IMG/VR virus record: IMGVR_UViG_3300010352_000284
Span: 16,443-80,442 of that record
Source of the DNA: a virus
Taxonomy: Duplodnaviria > Caudoviricetes
Length of the DNA stretch: 64,000 bases
Direction: 5' to 3' (one strand)
Below, piece by piece: positions 10,053-20,606 of this stretch. A program made the position numbers and the translations under genes. Positions within the stretch are counted from its first letter, which is position 1. Each line of letters starts with the position of its first letter. The notes under the pieces are model-generated. The model did no database searches and was not told where the DNA came from. It saw nothing but the letters and a program-made list of their open reading frames with translations.

Positions 10053-10850
10053 ATGGCAGTTGAAAAGAAGAGAAGTCCTATTGTGAAGGATTTTGTTGAA
10101 CCGCAAGAACCTATCACAAAGAAGGATAATTATTATTTGATTGAGGGGATTCCAACAAAGTATCGGTTGTATCCTGAAGGTACGCAGATTTATGGTCGCC
10201 CTTTGACAGTTAAGGAAGTTCGGTTTTTAGCATCAATGACAGATTCGAATTATCAGTTTGTCATCAATGAAATTCTCAAGAATACAATTAAGGGTATTGA
10301 TATTCAGGAATTATATGTTGCTGATAAGGTATTCATTTTGTTTTGGCTAAGAGCGAACACATATAAGAATGAAGGGTATTCTACTGAGTTTACCTGCCGT
10401 CATTGTGGTCGGTCAAATCATTATCTTTTCACCATGGACAAGCTTAGGGTTGAATATCTTAAGGACGATTTTGTTGCGAATGATGATTTCAAGCTTCTGA
10501 CAACCGATGATGTTCTAAGAATTTCATTTCCAAAGGTTCGGGATGAAAATAAGGTTTCTCAGATTTTGAAGAATAAGACTTCTGTAGAATATGATGAAGA
10601 TATTTTGTCAGTTGCGGCTATGGTCAAATCTATAAATGGTACAGAGTATAATACAAAGTACGTTTATGATTATCTATTGTCTTTGAATCCTGAAGACTAT
10701 GCGTATCTTGAGACTTATATTTCTGACAACGAGATTGGTGTTTCTCCAGAAGTTTCAACCAATTGCCAGCATGAAGATTGTGGGGAGGAATCTCTTATTG
10801 AGGTACGATTTCAATCAGACTTCTTTCTTCCCAAGTATAAGTCAAGATGA
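10053..10850 (+). CDS. Tail assembly chaperone / T4 gp26-like hub assembly protein
   Basis: RPLTVKE, D..FILFWLRANT, CxxC..CxxxxC, ends QSDFF; lies just before tape-measure-like genes. Confidence 0.7.
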   Translation: MAVEKKRSPIVKDFVEPQEPITKKDNYYLIEGIPTKYRLYPEGTQIYGRPLTVKEVRFLASMTDSNYQFVINEILKNTIKGIDIQELYVADKVFILFWLRANTYKNEGYSTEFTCRHCGRSNHYLFTMDKLRVEYLKDDFVANDDFKLLTTDDVLRISFPKVRDENKVSQILKNKTSVEYDEDILSVAAMVKSINGTEYNTKYVYDYLLSLNPEDYAYLETYISDNEIGVSPEVSTNCQHEDCGEESLIEVRFQSDFFLPKYKSR

Positions 10851-11028
10851 TATTATTGATTTAGAATTCTCTTTAGCATATTATCTACACATTCCCGACA
10901 TTAATAATAGAGATTTTTATGAAGTGTTGGCATTAAAAGAACGGTTAGATGATATGTTAGAAAAGAGAAATGCTGCGCTTGGAAATGGGAATGTTGGATT
11001 GATGGATTTCATGCGCGGCGCTAAATAA
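10821..11028 (+). CDS. Frameshift-accessed C-terminal extension of the chaperone (GT/gpE'-like)
   Basis: The +1 frame is open through TTC TTT CTT CCC with no start of its own downstream; LAYYLHIP..NRDFYE resembles P2 gpE'. Confidence 0.55.
11021..11027 (+). promoter_or_regulatory. Late promoter (CTAAATA)
   Basis: Upstream of ATG11033. Confidence 0.5.
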
Positions 11029-11032
11029 TAAT

Positions 11033-12685
11033 ATGGCTACAAATCCGTCAGACATTACGAACATGTTGAATGAAGTCATGGGAGCGATGAACAAATTATC
11101 AAGCTCCCAAATGGCTTCTGTTCAAAAATTAAATGATGCTCAAGAGAATGCTTCTGAAAAGAGTAGGAAGCTTTCTCGTGTTATTCAGACAACCGTTCAG
11201 CAGTTTGACTTGTTTGAAAATATAAAAGAAAAGAAAGAGAAAAAGAAGAACGATCCGGTAGACAAGCTTTTGAAGATGACCACGGATTTGTTGAAAAAGA
11301 CAAACATCACCAAACCTGAAAAAAAGGCAACCAAGACAAAGGATGTTATAACTCCTGTCACAATAGAGAATTCAAATATCAATGTTCGTGGAAATTTGAT
11401 TATGAATTCGAAGTCATTGCCGAAGATTCTTGGACTTGGGACTGAAAAGAAATCACAGTCTCTTGAGAATTTTGACATGGCAGAACAAGACCCAATTTTG
11501 CTAGAAGAGTTGAAGTTATTGAAGAGCATCGAAACCAAACTCGGAACTCCTGGTGGGACTGGTGGAGGGTTGTTTGACGCATTGTTTGGAGGTCTTGGGA
11601 ATTTAATAAAAATGTTTACGGGGGGTGCTGCTGGTGAAGTTGGAGGATTGATGGCTGGAATGTTTGGCCTGAATAAATTTGCCAAACTAAAAAATCTGTT
11701 GAATCCGATTAAATCCATTCAAAAGAGTTTACCTAAGATTGCTTCGGCTGGGAAATTGCTGAAGAATCCAAAGATGCTGATTCCTGCCTTGGTGATTGGT
11801 GGTGCTGGAGCTATTTGGTCTGGGATGAAAATGTATGAAGGTGGAGTGTTCACAAAGCCATTGGACCAAATTGGAAACCCTGAAGAACTGAATGCTGAAC
11901 AGAGAGAAAAAGGTGGTTCGGTTTATTCAGGTAAGCCATACATTGTTGGTGAAAAAGGCCCAGAATTGTTCACCCCAAGAGAAACTGGAAAAATCGTCCC
12001 AAACAATCAATTACGTTCTCAGCGAGATGACAATACAACAACAAGCATTTTAGAATTGTTCAAAGACTATTCAAAATCATCTAACAAGGTATTTGATTAC
12101 TTTGTAGATAAGGTTAAAACAGTTTTCGATTTTATCAAGCCATCCAACATTCTTGACATGGTTCGGAAATTACTAGGGAAAGCTGCTGATAAGGTTGGAG
12201 ATGTTATTGATAAAACAAAAGAAGCGGCTGCAACGGCTGTTACAAATGTTTTTAATTTCGGAAAAGAGAATGTTAACAAAGTAACAAATGTTTTAGGATT
12301 GGGGAATGTTTTTAATATGACTGCATCGGAATCACCAGAAACCTCGAAGGTTCCACAGCCACAAATATCCGAACCATCAATATCAAATATTCCAAGAAGT
12401 TACAGAATTGGCTCATATTCAGTTCCTTCTGATGGGCCTTCGAAGGTTCACAAAGATGAGATGATAATTCCAGCAGCGCAAGCAGAACTTGTTAGAACTG
12501 CTGCGAAACTTCAAAACTCACAAGTAAGCATTCCAAGAACTCCTGAAGTTGTTTCAAATTCTCAATTGCCTAAAGAATTCTGGATGGAAGAGTTCGTGCC
12601 AAAATTCGCCAGTATGATAAAGACAAAGAAAACAAATGAGAGAATTAAAGAGTATACTATTGGCAATGTATTCGGGGCTGCTTGA
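11033..12685 (+). CDS. Tape-measure-like protein 1
   Basis: Gly/Leu-rich hydrophobic segments and the TMP-type motif KGGSV...YIVGEKGPELFTP. Confidence 0.65.
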   Translation: MATNPSDITNMLNEVMGAMNKLSSSQMASVQKLNDAQENASEKSRKLSRVIQTTVQQFDLFENIKEKKEKKKNDPVDKLLKMTTDLLKKTNITKPEKKATKTKDVITPVTIENSNINVRGNLIMNSKSLPKILGLGTEKKSQSLENFDMAEQDPILLEELKLLKSIETKLGTPGGTGGGLFDALFGGLGNLIKMFTGGAAGEVGGLMAGMFGLNKFAKLKNLLNPIKSIQKSLPKIASAGKLLKNPKMLIPALVIGGAGAIWSGMKMYEGGVFTKPLDQIGNPEELNAEQREKGGSVYSGKPYIVGEKGPELFTPRETGKIVPNNQLRSQRDDNTTTSILELFKDYSKSSNKVFDYFVDKVKTVFDFIKPSNILDMVRKLLGKAADKVGDVIDKTKEAAATAVTNVFNFGKENVNKVTNVLGLGNVFNMTASESPETSKVPQPQISEPSISNIPRSYRIGSYSVPSDGPSKVHKDEMIIPAAQAELVRTAAKLQNSQVSIPRTPEVVSNSQLPKEFWMEEFVPKFASMIKTKKTNERIKEYTIGNVFGAA

Positions 12686-15075
12686 TGGATATTCGTTCTT
12701 TTTTCAATTCAGAATATTCAAAGCTTCAAATATCTAACGAAAATACTGTTAGAGAAGCTGAGAAAACGAGTAGAATTCTTGATAGGCACATAAATGAATT
12801 TGAACAACTTAATAGAATTCTAAAAGGATTTCTTCAAGATAGTAATAAAGATGAAAAAAAGAATGTTACAAAAGAAGTCACAAAATTTAGAAACTATCAG
12901 AGAGAACTTGTATCTTCTGTAAAAAAGCTAATAACTCCTGAAAAGACAAAGACTGAAAAATTAACAGAAACAAAATTCAATAACAAGAAATTCGTTTTGT
13001 CTAATATTAAAATGTCCAAAGTCGAAATGAAAAATGTTGTTATTAAAATTTCAGGAATTGGACCAGTAGCTAAGACATCTCAATCATTACAGAATTATGA
13101 TACAACAGAACCAAATCCTTTAATGATGGACAAGATTACTATACTCAGACGAATTGATAAGAATCTGTCAAATCGTCCAGGGATGGGGTCAGGTGAAGCG
13201 GAAAAGGAATCCGAAGGTGGCGGTTTTGGAAACATTTCAGGAATCGTTTCAGGGCTTCTTGGTGGTTCATTGTTTTCAAAAATCTTCGGAAAATTGTTCC
13301 CTAAAGCATCTATGATGAGGGCAGGACTTAAGATATTTGGTAAGACTGGAATAAGAACGATACAAAAAGCTGGAAAAAAAGCAATTCCTGTCATTGGAGC
13401 CGTTTTCTCAGTTTACGATTTGTTTAAGACCATCAAATCAGGAATATCGGATTATAACAAATATACTCAAGCTGGTGATTATCAAGCCGCGTCAGGAGTG
13501 ATATCTTCTTCTTTAATGGGTGCTTTTGGAAATATTATAAACATTATTGGAGCATTTTTGCCGCCTCCTCTTGATATCGCGGCTATGGCTGTTGGAACGG
13601 GTATGGGACTTGTTTCTAACACAATGGCTTCAAAAAATGGTCGGACTTCTGGATTCATTGGAGATGCTCGAAACAAAACTGCGATTGCTAAAAAGACAAT
13701 TTCGGTTGAACAAGCCAAGGGAGAATTTGTAGAACTCCGGCCAAATTTCAAAAATCCATCAAACATTTATTGGGAATATAATAATGGGACTGATTGGATT
13801 CCTGCGAAAGATAGTGGGACTGGGAAAAATCTATCCGCAATGAAAGATAGAAATTCAATAATTCCAACAACCGATCCAAAGAAGCCAGGAATTCAAACAT
13901 ATCAAATCTCTACGAAACAAGGTGTTAGAGATATTGTGATGAAGAACGGACAATTGTTCATGAATGTTCCGAACGTTGGTCTTCTTCCATTATCAACAAG
14001 AAAGCAAGGCGGTTCTGTTGTAAAAAATAAAACGTACCTTGTTGGAGAGCATCGTGCTGAGACATATGTTCCTTCTAAGAAAAATGAAGAAATATTAAAT
14101 CTAAAAACAAAGATTAAAAAAGATAGCAAAAAATCAATTGAAAAGATAGACAATTCGTTTAAGCTTATTGATGATAGTATGTTGTCAATTAAGAATTTTT
14201 TGAAATCTGGCTCTAGTACAAAATCTCCAACACCAGCACCTTCGGATAATGTTTCAAATCAACAAGAGAATATTTCTGAACAAAAAACTAAAACAATGTC
14301 ATCTATCGGTGATAATTTTCAAAATGTAACTCCGCAACAAGCAATCATGTCATCTATAGGGATAAAAACAAATATATCTGAAATAGTTTCTTCGAATGGA
14401 CGAGAATTAACATTAAAAAGAAATGATGGTAGCACGGTTAAAAGAATTGGTAATATAAATTGGAGAGCAAACAATCCAGGAAATATTCGTCCTAATAAAT
14501 GGTCATTGCAATGGCCCGGAGTAGTTGGTTCTATTGATACTATGAATGGCGAGTTTTTAGTTTTCGAATCTTACGAATCGGGAAGAAATGCTCTATATAA
14601 GCAATTGTTTGAGCTAGATAGTTATAAAAACTTAACAATATCTAAAGCACTTCAAAGATATGCTCCGGCAGCGGATAAAAATGATCCGGTTGCTTATGCG
14701 AAATCTGTTATAGCGGTTGCTGGTCGAGATGGTATATTATCTTCATTTGACGAAACTACTCGTCAGAAAATTATAGATGCTTTCCAGAAAAAAGAAGGAT
14801 ACGTTCCAGGAAAAGAAATTATAAATTCATTTGATGTTGGTTCTTGGAAATTAGATTCGGACCAAGAAGCATTTATACACCAAGGGGAAATGATTATACC
14901 ACAATCCCCCGCGAATAAAATTAGGTCTTTAGCAAAATCTGGAAAAATGGAAATAAATATTCCTCAAATGATTTCTGAATATGATATTTATTCGGATGCT
15001 TCGTTCTGGATAAATACTTTCATGCCAGCTTTAGCGAATGTTGTTCTTTCTGAATTTGGAGAAGTAAATGGCTGA
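12685..15075 (+). CDS. Tape-measure-like protein 2 with a lysozyme-like (NNPGNI) domain
   Basis: TGATG overlap; shares motifs with TMP1; RANNPGNIRP...F.SYESG..AL...RYAP..KNDP.AY. Confidence 0.65.
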   Translation: MDIRSFFNSEYSKLQISNENTVREAEKTSRILDRHINEFEQLNRILKGFLQDSNKDEKKNVTKEVTKFRNYQRELVSSVKKLITPEKTKTEKLTETKFNNKKFVLSNIKMSKVEMKNVVIKISGIGPVAKTSQSLQNYDTTEPNPLMMDKITILRRIDKNLSNRPGMGSGEAEKESEGGGFGNISGIVSGLLGGSLFSKIFGKLFPKASMMRAGLKIFGKTGIRTIQKAGKKAIPVIGAVFSVYDLFKTIKSGISDYNKYTQAGDYQAASGVISSSLMGAFGNIINIIGAFLPPPLDIAAMAVGTGMGLVSNTMASKNGRTSGFIGDARNKTAIAKKTISVEQAKGEFVELRPNFKNPSNIYWEYNNGTDWIPAKDSGTGKNLSAMKDRNSIIPTTDPKKPGIQTYQISTKQGVRDIVMKNGQLFMNVPNVGLLPLSTRKQGGSVVKNKTYLVGEHRAETYVPSKKNEEILNLKTKIKKDSKKSIEKIDNSFKLIDDSMLSIKNFLKSGSSTKSPTPAPSDNVSNQQENISEQKTKTMSSIGDNFQNVTPQQAIMSSIGIKTNISEIVSSNGRELTLKRNDGSTVKRIGNINWRANNPGNIRPNKWSLQWPGVVGSIDTMNGEFLVFESYESGRNALYKQLFELDSYKNLTISKALQRYAPAADKNDPVAYAKSVIAVAGRDGILSSFDETTRQKIIDAFQKKEGYVPGKEIINSFDVGSWKLDSDQEAFIHQGEMIIPQSPANKIRSLAKSGKMEINIPQMISEYDIYSDASFWINTFMPALANVVLSEFGEVNG

Positions 15076-15994
15076 ATGGAGCATTTATAAAAATCATGGT
15101 TCTGATGGTAAAGGTGATTTGGTCGATCCGGCACAGTTACCCGCTGCTCAAGAACATAAAATAACAATTGATATTATACCCAATGCTAATGTGCCAAATG
15201 CGAAATCAATATACACACTTATTGGTTTTATGAAAGACCAATTTAGCTATTCAGTTGCTGCACAATATAATAAAATTAAAGATATTCCATCATTAGATGG
15301 GTTTGCGAGATATGGAAAAGACCTTATAAATTCTGATGCTTCTTATCATTCCGGGTTTTTCTCAAAGAAAATGTTTGAACCAGGAAATGCTTATTCTAAA
15401 TTAGACTTGAAATTTAGAATATACGATGACCCAACAATAACTAAAAAATGCGATTTGTTAATAGCATGTTGCTTGCCGATGATAGCTGGAGATAACCCAG
15501 TACTTAATACATCTGTTATCGCTGTAGGGTCGGATCTTTTTGGTAAAACGGTAGATGCTGCCGCCGAAGTCGCAGTAGCAGCCACTTCATTAAATGTTGG
15601 TACAACAATTGCCGCAGCTATGGATGCTATTATGAAGATTGGAACTACAAGAAAGCCGCCTCATCTAAATGTTAAAATTGGTTCGTATTTTTCAAAAACT
15701 GACATGGTTTTAACAAATGTTGAATTTACTTATTCAAAAGAATTTGTGTATAGTGAAAAATTAAAACAATCATATCCATTATACGCCGATTTTAACATTT
15801 CCCTTGAAAGCCTTTATTCGATGCTAGCTATGTCAGATACTACCGATGAAAATATTAAGAGGTTTGGAACAGGGTTTGAACAAAGTGGTATGGCCCGAGT
15901 TATTGTGAAAACGGCTCTTGATGAAAGACCTATAAAAACTATTATAAAATCCGCTGAGGAAGGATGGGGATATAAACCAGAGGTCAAAAAATGA
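15068..15994 (+). CDS. Baseplate/tube initiator-like protein (gp48/gp54-like)
   Basis: Position; VKIGSYFSKTDMVLTNVEFTYS..P.YADFNISL. Confidence 0.5.
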   Translation: MAEWSIYKNHGSDGKGDLVDPAQLPAAQEHKITIDIIPNANVPNAKSIYTLIGFMKDQFSYSVAAQYNKIKDIPSLDGFARYGKDLINSDASYHSGFFSKKMFEPGNAYSKLDLKFRIYDDPTITKKCDLLIACCLPMIAGDNPVLNTSVIAVGSDLFGKTVDAAAEVAVAATSLNVGTTIAAAMDAIMKIGTTRKPPHLNVKIGSYFSKTDMVLTNVEFTYSKEFVYSEKLKQSYPLYADFNISLESLYSMLAMSDTTDENIKRFGTGFEQSGMARVIVKTALDERPIKTIIKSAEEGWGYKPEVKK

Positions 15995-16350
15995 AAACTT
16001 CCCGTTCAAACTTTTTCAAAACAAACATGGTTGATGGCATTGCTGAACGTGATTTGATAAATGTAGCGTTTAATGACTATACTTTCAAATACGATTTCAC
16101 CAAGTATCGTCTTCAATATAATGATTACATGCGACCTGACCTTATATCTTTGAAATTTTATGGAACCTCTGATTATTGGTGGATTATTCTCAAATGCAAC
16201 CCATCAATTGAAGATATTTGGAATGATGTTGCTATTGAAGATGAACAGGAAGAGAAATACCCAGAGGCGATAACACTTCTAGAATATATAAACATCCCGG
16301 CGAAACAAGATATTGATGATTTCATAGCATTCTCAAAGAACTATAACTAA
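15991..16350 (+). CDS. Baseplate wedge protein, gp53-like (LysM-like)
   Basis: RPDLISLKFYGTSDYWWIILKCN. Confidence 0.85.
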   Translation: MKTSRSNFFKTNMVDGIAERDLINVAFNDYTFKYDFTKYRLQYNDYMRPDLISLKFYGTSDYWWIILKCNPSIEDIWNDVAIEDEQEEKYPEAITLLEYINIPAKQDIDDFIAFSKNYN

Positions 16351-16361
16351 ATATATTTAAG

Positions 16362-17618
16362 ATGGCATCAGACAATACTAACTTAGATGGCGCTCAGTAT
16401 TTTACTCGAGTTTTCATAGACGACCACGAACTTCCTAACAAGAGCATTCAATCACTTTCTATCAGAGAGTTTGTTCAAGATACTGCGTGTGAATTGGATT
16501 TGTTTTTCTTTGACAATGGTTTTTGTGTTGAACAATCCCCAATTGTTGATGGTTCCGTTGTCAAAGTAATTCTAGCAAAAGACAATGATGAAAAACCATT
16601 AGAGATGTCATTTGATGTCCTTGGTTCTAAAGTTGAAAAGAAAAATTCTCCAGGAAACACAATTTATTTCGTTGAGCTTGTTGGTATTACAAAAACCGAG
16701 AACCTTTTTGGTCCAGTTGCTCAGAGAGCTTTTGTTGGTCCATCTAATGAAGTTATTGGTCAAATTATCTCCGAAGAAAAAGATATAACTTATGTAGAAG
16801 AAGTGAAGTCAAATGATTCTCAGACATGGTTTCAGATTTCAATCAATAATTCGAACTTCGTGAAAAATATAATTCGTCGTTCATATTATCAAGACGAAGA
16901 CATGGCATTGATTTATTGTAATTCAAAGAACGTTTTTACATTTTCAACATTAAAGACGAAGGCTGCGAAATCTTCAAAATATATCGCGATTAATAATGAT
17001 TTAATGTCTCTTGATTCTGGAGATTATGATAAGGTTTTGAAGGATTTGAGAATTGACACAAAGAACAAGAATGTTTTGTTTTTCAGAACCAATTATACAT
17101 TTAATGATAATATGCCGATTGAAAACAGAACGGGTGGATATGGTTACGATTTCACTTATTTTGATGGTACGAATTTTTATGACCATGTGATAAATTTTGA
17201 TTATGCTCCTTTGACGAAATACATTAATAAGAAAAAAGGACACAATCTAAATTATGATAGTATTAATTACAACATGCAAAATTCAAATGTTCATGGTAAA
17301 TATATTTTAGCATACAATCAGAACAGTTATTTGTCTAGAACGTTCTTTTCAAATTTCACAACAATCACAATATCTCCAAACAACAAGATTGATTTGATGG
17401 ATAAGATTGATGTTCAGTTTTTGAAAATGGAAGATTCTGATTCTGGAGAAGTTTCGATTGATGCTGCTCACTCTGGAGAATATTTGGTTGCCGGAATATA
17501 TCACAACATTCAGCAAGGCGGTATTTACACAATGATTTTGATTCTTGCTAGGAATGGTTATAATATTGTTGAAGACCCGAAGATAAGTAAGGTTATGTTG
17601 GAGAAGGGAAATCTATGA
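16362..17618 (+). CDS. Baseplate hub protein, gp27/gpD-like
   Basis: Between gp53 and gp5; HSGEYLVAGIYH C-terminal motif. CTAAATA at 16347. Confidence 0.65.
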   Translation: MASDNTNLDGAQYFTRVFIDDHELPNKSIQSLSIREFVQDTACELDLFFFDNGFCVEQSPIVDGSVVKVILAKDNDEKPLEMSFDVLGSKVEKKNSPGNTIYFVELVGITKTENLFGPVAQRAFVGPSNEVIGQIISEEKDITYVEEVKSNDSQTWFQISINNSNFVKNIIRRSYYQDEDMALIYCNSKNVFTFSTLKTKAAKSSKYIAINNDLMSLDSGDYDKVLKDLRIDTKNKNVLFFRTNYTFNDNMPIENRTGGYGYDFTYFDGTNFYDHVINFDYAPLTKYINKKKGHNLNYDSINYNMQNSNVHGKYILAYNQNSYLSRTFFSNFTTITISPNNKIDLMDKIDVQFLKMEDSDSGEVSIDAAHSGEYLVAGIYHNIQQGGIYTMILILARNGYNIVEDPKISKVMLEKGNL

Positions 17619-19072
17619 AACAACAAATGGCGAAACCTTTAATTCAACAGATTAGAGAGTTTGTTGATTTCAAAGAAGAGAACATTTATGATGGCCGGTA
17701 TAATGGCGTAGTAGAAGATAACAATGACCCAGAACAAAATGGTCGTTGTCGAATCCGTGTCATGGGTCTTTATGATGGAATTGAAACAGAGCTTCTTCCT
17801 TGGGCTCTTCCAGATTTCTATTTTTCCGGTACTAAGAAAGGTTCATTCATAGTTCCTGAAATTGGCACAGTGGTTAATGTTTATTACGACGATAATGATA
17901 TTTACCAACCACGATATTATTCAAAGACGATGGACCTTCAGAATCAATCATTTCAGGCGGACAAAACAGAAGACTATCCAAACAGCATGATTTTTTGGGA
18001 AACTGAACAGGGAGATTATTATAAATTCAATAGAGCCAAAGGAGAGGCGACATTCAGAACTCATATGGGAGTTTTTGTCAAAGTCTTTCAGAATGGTAAT
18101 ATTGAAGTTTCTAATGATTCTACAGATGTTGGCTCAGTTAATTTGAATCTCAGAGGCAATTTCAACATTTCGAATCAATTTGGAAACATCAACATCTTCA
18201 CAAACAATTTCAATATCTCTGGTTTTGGAGACATGAATATTACGAATAATGGTTCGACACATATTAAAACATTACAAAACACCACAATACAGGCAAACGG
18301 AGACTGCGATATTACTACAGGTGGGGCGACAAAAATAACTGCGAAAGAATCGTGCTCAATCGAATCAATAAACTGTAATATCCTTTCAAACAATATTAAC
18401 TTTGATATTGCGACAGGCCCAGCAACAGTTTATAATACCAGCGGAACAATTGATACTGAAGACACTGCCCAAACATCTAAATTTGATATGTCTGTTGGTA
18501 GCGATTTAGGAGTTCCATTTATGGCAGTTGAACAGAGTCTTTTAGGAGGTCCATTCAATTGTATTATGTTCGATCCAATGACAGGGCAACCACACCAAGG
18601 AAGACATGTTACTGGCGCTGCTGTATTCAGGGACACTACAAAAGAAAAGACACTTCTAGCAAAAACTATCGCGTCTCTTAATATTTCAAGAACAAAAGAA
18701 ATAGCCGATGATACGAATGATATTATAAAGAAGTATGATTCTGTGACTGAGAAAACTAAGTTAATGTTATCTGGTCCTGCGGCAATAGCATTCACAGCAA
18801 AGAAAAAAGCTGAAGAAATTAACTCCGCTGTAGATTCAGTAAATAAGAAATATGATGCTTTGATTGTTGAAGCTGAACAAACATATGGGTCAAATATAAC
18901 AAGCCCTGTATTTGGAACCAATCTTGAACCAACATCTCCTCAAGGAAAGAGTTTGATTTGGAATTCTAAGAAGCCCGCAGCGGATATACAAGCAAATCTA
19001 GACCCAACTGGAAAGACCGCCTATTATGATTTGATAGGAATGTCTGATGGATTGATAAGTTCGGAGGAATGA
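17615..19072 (+). CDS. Baseplate central spike, gp5/VgrG-like
   Basis: YNGVVEDNNDPEQNGRCRIRV..LPWALP OB-fold, then beta-helix-like repeats. Confidence 0.85.
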   Translation: MKQQMAKPLIQQIREFVDFKEENIYDGRYNGVVEDNNDPEQNGRCRIRVMGLYDGIETELLPWALPDFYFSGTKKGSFIVPEIGTVVNVYYDDNDIYQPRYYSKTMDLQNQSFQADKTEDYPNSMIFWETEQGDYYKFNRAKGEATFRTHMGVFVKVFQNGNIEVSNDSTDVGSVNLNLRGNFNISNQFGNINIFTNNFNISGFGDMNITNNGSTHIKTLQNTTIQANGDCDITTGGATKITAKESCSIESINCNILSNNINFDIATGPATVYNTSGTIDTEDTAQTSKFDMSVGSDLGVPFMAVEQSLLGGPFNCIMFDPMTGQPHQGRHVTGAAVFRDTTKEKTLLAKTIASLNISRTKEIADDTNDIIKKYDSVTEKTKLMLSGPAAIAFTAKKKAEEINSAVDSVNKKYDALIVEAEQTYGSNITSPVFGTNLEPTSPQGKSLIWNSKKPAADIQANLDPTGKTAYYDLIGMSDGLISSEE

Positions 19073-19572
19073 TGGTAAACTTAGATTCGGTAGTTAGTCG
19101 GTATAATGCTAAGAATCCTGTATATGAAGACATTATTAAAAATCTGGTTGCTTCTGGACTTTATTCAGAATTTCTTGCCCCAGGTTCTAAAGCAGTGGAT
19201 CCAACAGTTGAAGGAAACATTCTTCAATATAAAAATGGTGCTTCTGTTGAAAATGCGGCTGTAGCTCTTGAAGTTCTTGCTGATGGAATTTCAAAAGCTA
19301 TTCTAAAACAATTGCGGGATGGATTTTCGGGTTCTTTTGATTCGGCTATTAATGTAAACTTGAGCGCAACAGATTGTGTGAATGTTAATATATCTACAGA
19401 TAATAATGTTCATGCTGCTCTTATTAAATTAGCGAATGAAGTTTCTATTTTACATACGACAGTTGCTACAGTATTAACATCTCTTGGGTTTGCGGCTAAT
19501 GTTGCTCAAATGGAAACCGAAATAGCAACGGCAAATGCTTTGGTTCAAACAAATACCAAGATTGCCTTATAG
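19069..19572 (+). CDS. Hypothetical virion protein
   Basis: ATGA-coupled to gp5. Confidence 0.6.
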   Translation: MMVNLDSVVSRYNAKNPVYEDIIKNLVASGLYSEFLAPGSKAVDPTVEGNILQYKNGASVENAAVALEVLADGISKAILKQLRDGFSGSFDSAINVNLSATDCVNVNISTDNNVHAALIKLANEVSILHTTVATVLTSLGFAANVAQMETEIATANALVQTNTKIAL

Positions 19573-19586
19573 TTCTAAATAATAAT

Positions 19587-20606
19587 ATGGCTACTGCTGA
19601 ACAAAATGTATGTAATTTATTAAGAGACACTTGGATGTCTTTAGTTACATTGATTGAAAATCTTGCGGATATTCCTAAAAGAGTATTAGACCAGATAAGA
19701 CAATTGCTTCAAAAACTAAAAAACATCATTCTAAATTCTTTGGTTGACCATGCTAAAGAAATTATGGACATGATTAAATCATATTTGAAACTTAGAAATA
19801 TTGATGGAACAAAAGCAAGACAATCGTTTTGCTCATTGTTATATGCCTGTACGCCAGCAATAAACAAATTAGTTGAGTATAATATTCTTCCAAAGTCGTT
19901 ATCCGATGCTATTTTTGGTTCGTCGCTTGTATCAGAAGACACACTAAAAACATTTGGATTTCAGAATGTCCAATTTAATAGTAATTTTGAATTATTTGAA
20001 TATCTTGCTTGCCGGTTATCTATGACATCATTATTAAATTCTTTTATTGATAGACTTATAAATTCTTTGATTGAATATTTGAGCCAGTTTGAAAAATATT
20101 TTGATTTGGATTTCTGGCTGAACAATCATTATATTGGTAGATTGATAAAAAGAAAGATTGCGGAATATGAAGCTTTAATGTCAGAAATCTTAAGAATAAT
20201 AAATGAAGATTTACAGCCATTCATGGATTGTGCTTTTGCTACATGCGATTTTGCAGTTTCAACAAAAAATTTCATGGAAGCATTTGGCTTGAAGCATCCA
20301 ATTGAAAGCACTCCAGTCACAGGAAACACCAAGGCCGAATCTTGGAAAGTTAGTAAAGACAAGATGTTTTCTGAGTTCAACAGTTCTTTAGAAAATACAA
20401 AACAAATTTTCATGCAAATAAAACATAACTCTGATGATGTTCAAGAAAATTATTCAAAAGCGAAGACAAAGATAACAAAAACTAATACTAACAATGAATT
20501 GGTTTCAGATGTAGTTACTCCTAAAGCGTATTCTGCTAAAAAGAAAACAGACCAATATCATAGAGAGATAATTTTTATAAGCACTACAACAAGTGAGATT
20601 GCCTAA
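19587..20606 (+). CDS. Hypothetical helical protein
   Basis: 339-aa ORF; CTAAATA at 19575. Confidence 0.6.
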   Translation: MATAEQNVCNLLRDTWMSLVTLIENLADIPKRVLDQIRQLLQKLKNIILNSLVDHAKEIMDMIKSYLKLRNIDGTKARQSFCSLLYACTPAINKLVEYNILPKSLSDAIFGSSLVSEDTLKTFGFQNVQFNSNFELFEYLACRLSMTSLLNSFIDRLINSLIEYLSQFEKYFDLDFWLNNHYIGRLIKRKIAEYEALMSEILRIINEDLQPFMDCAFATCDFAVSTKNFMEAFGLKHPIESTPVTGNTKAESWKVSKDKMFSEFNSSLENTKQIFMQIKHNSDDVQENYSKAKTKITKTNTNNELVSDVVTPKAYSAKKKTDQYHREIIFISTTTSEIA

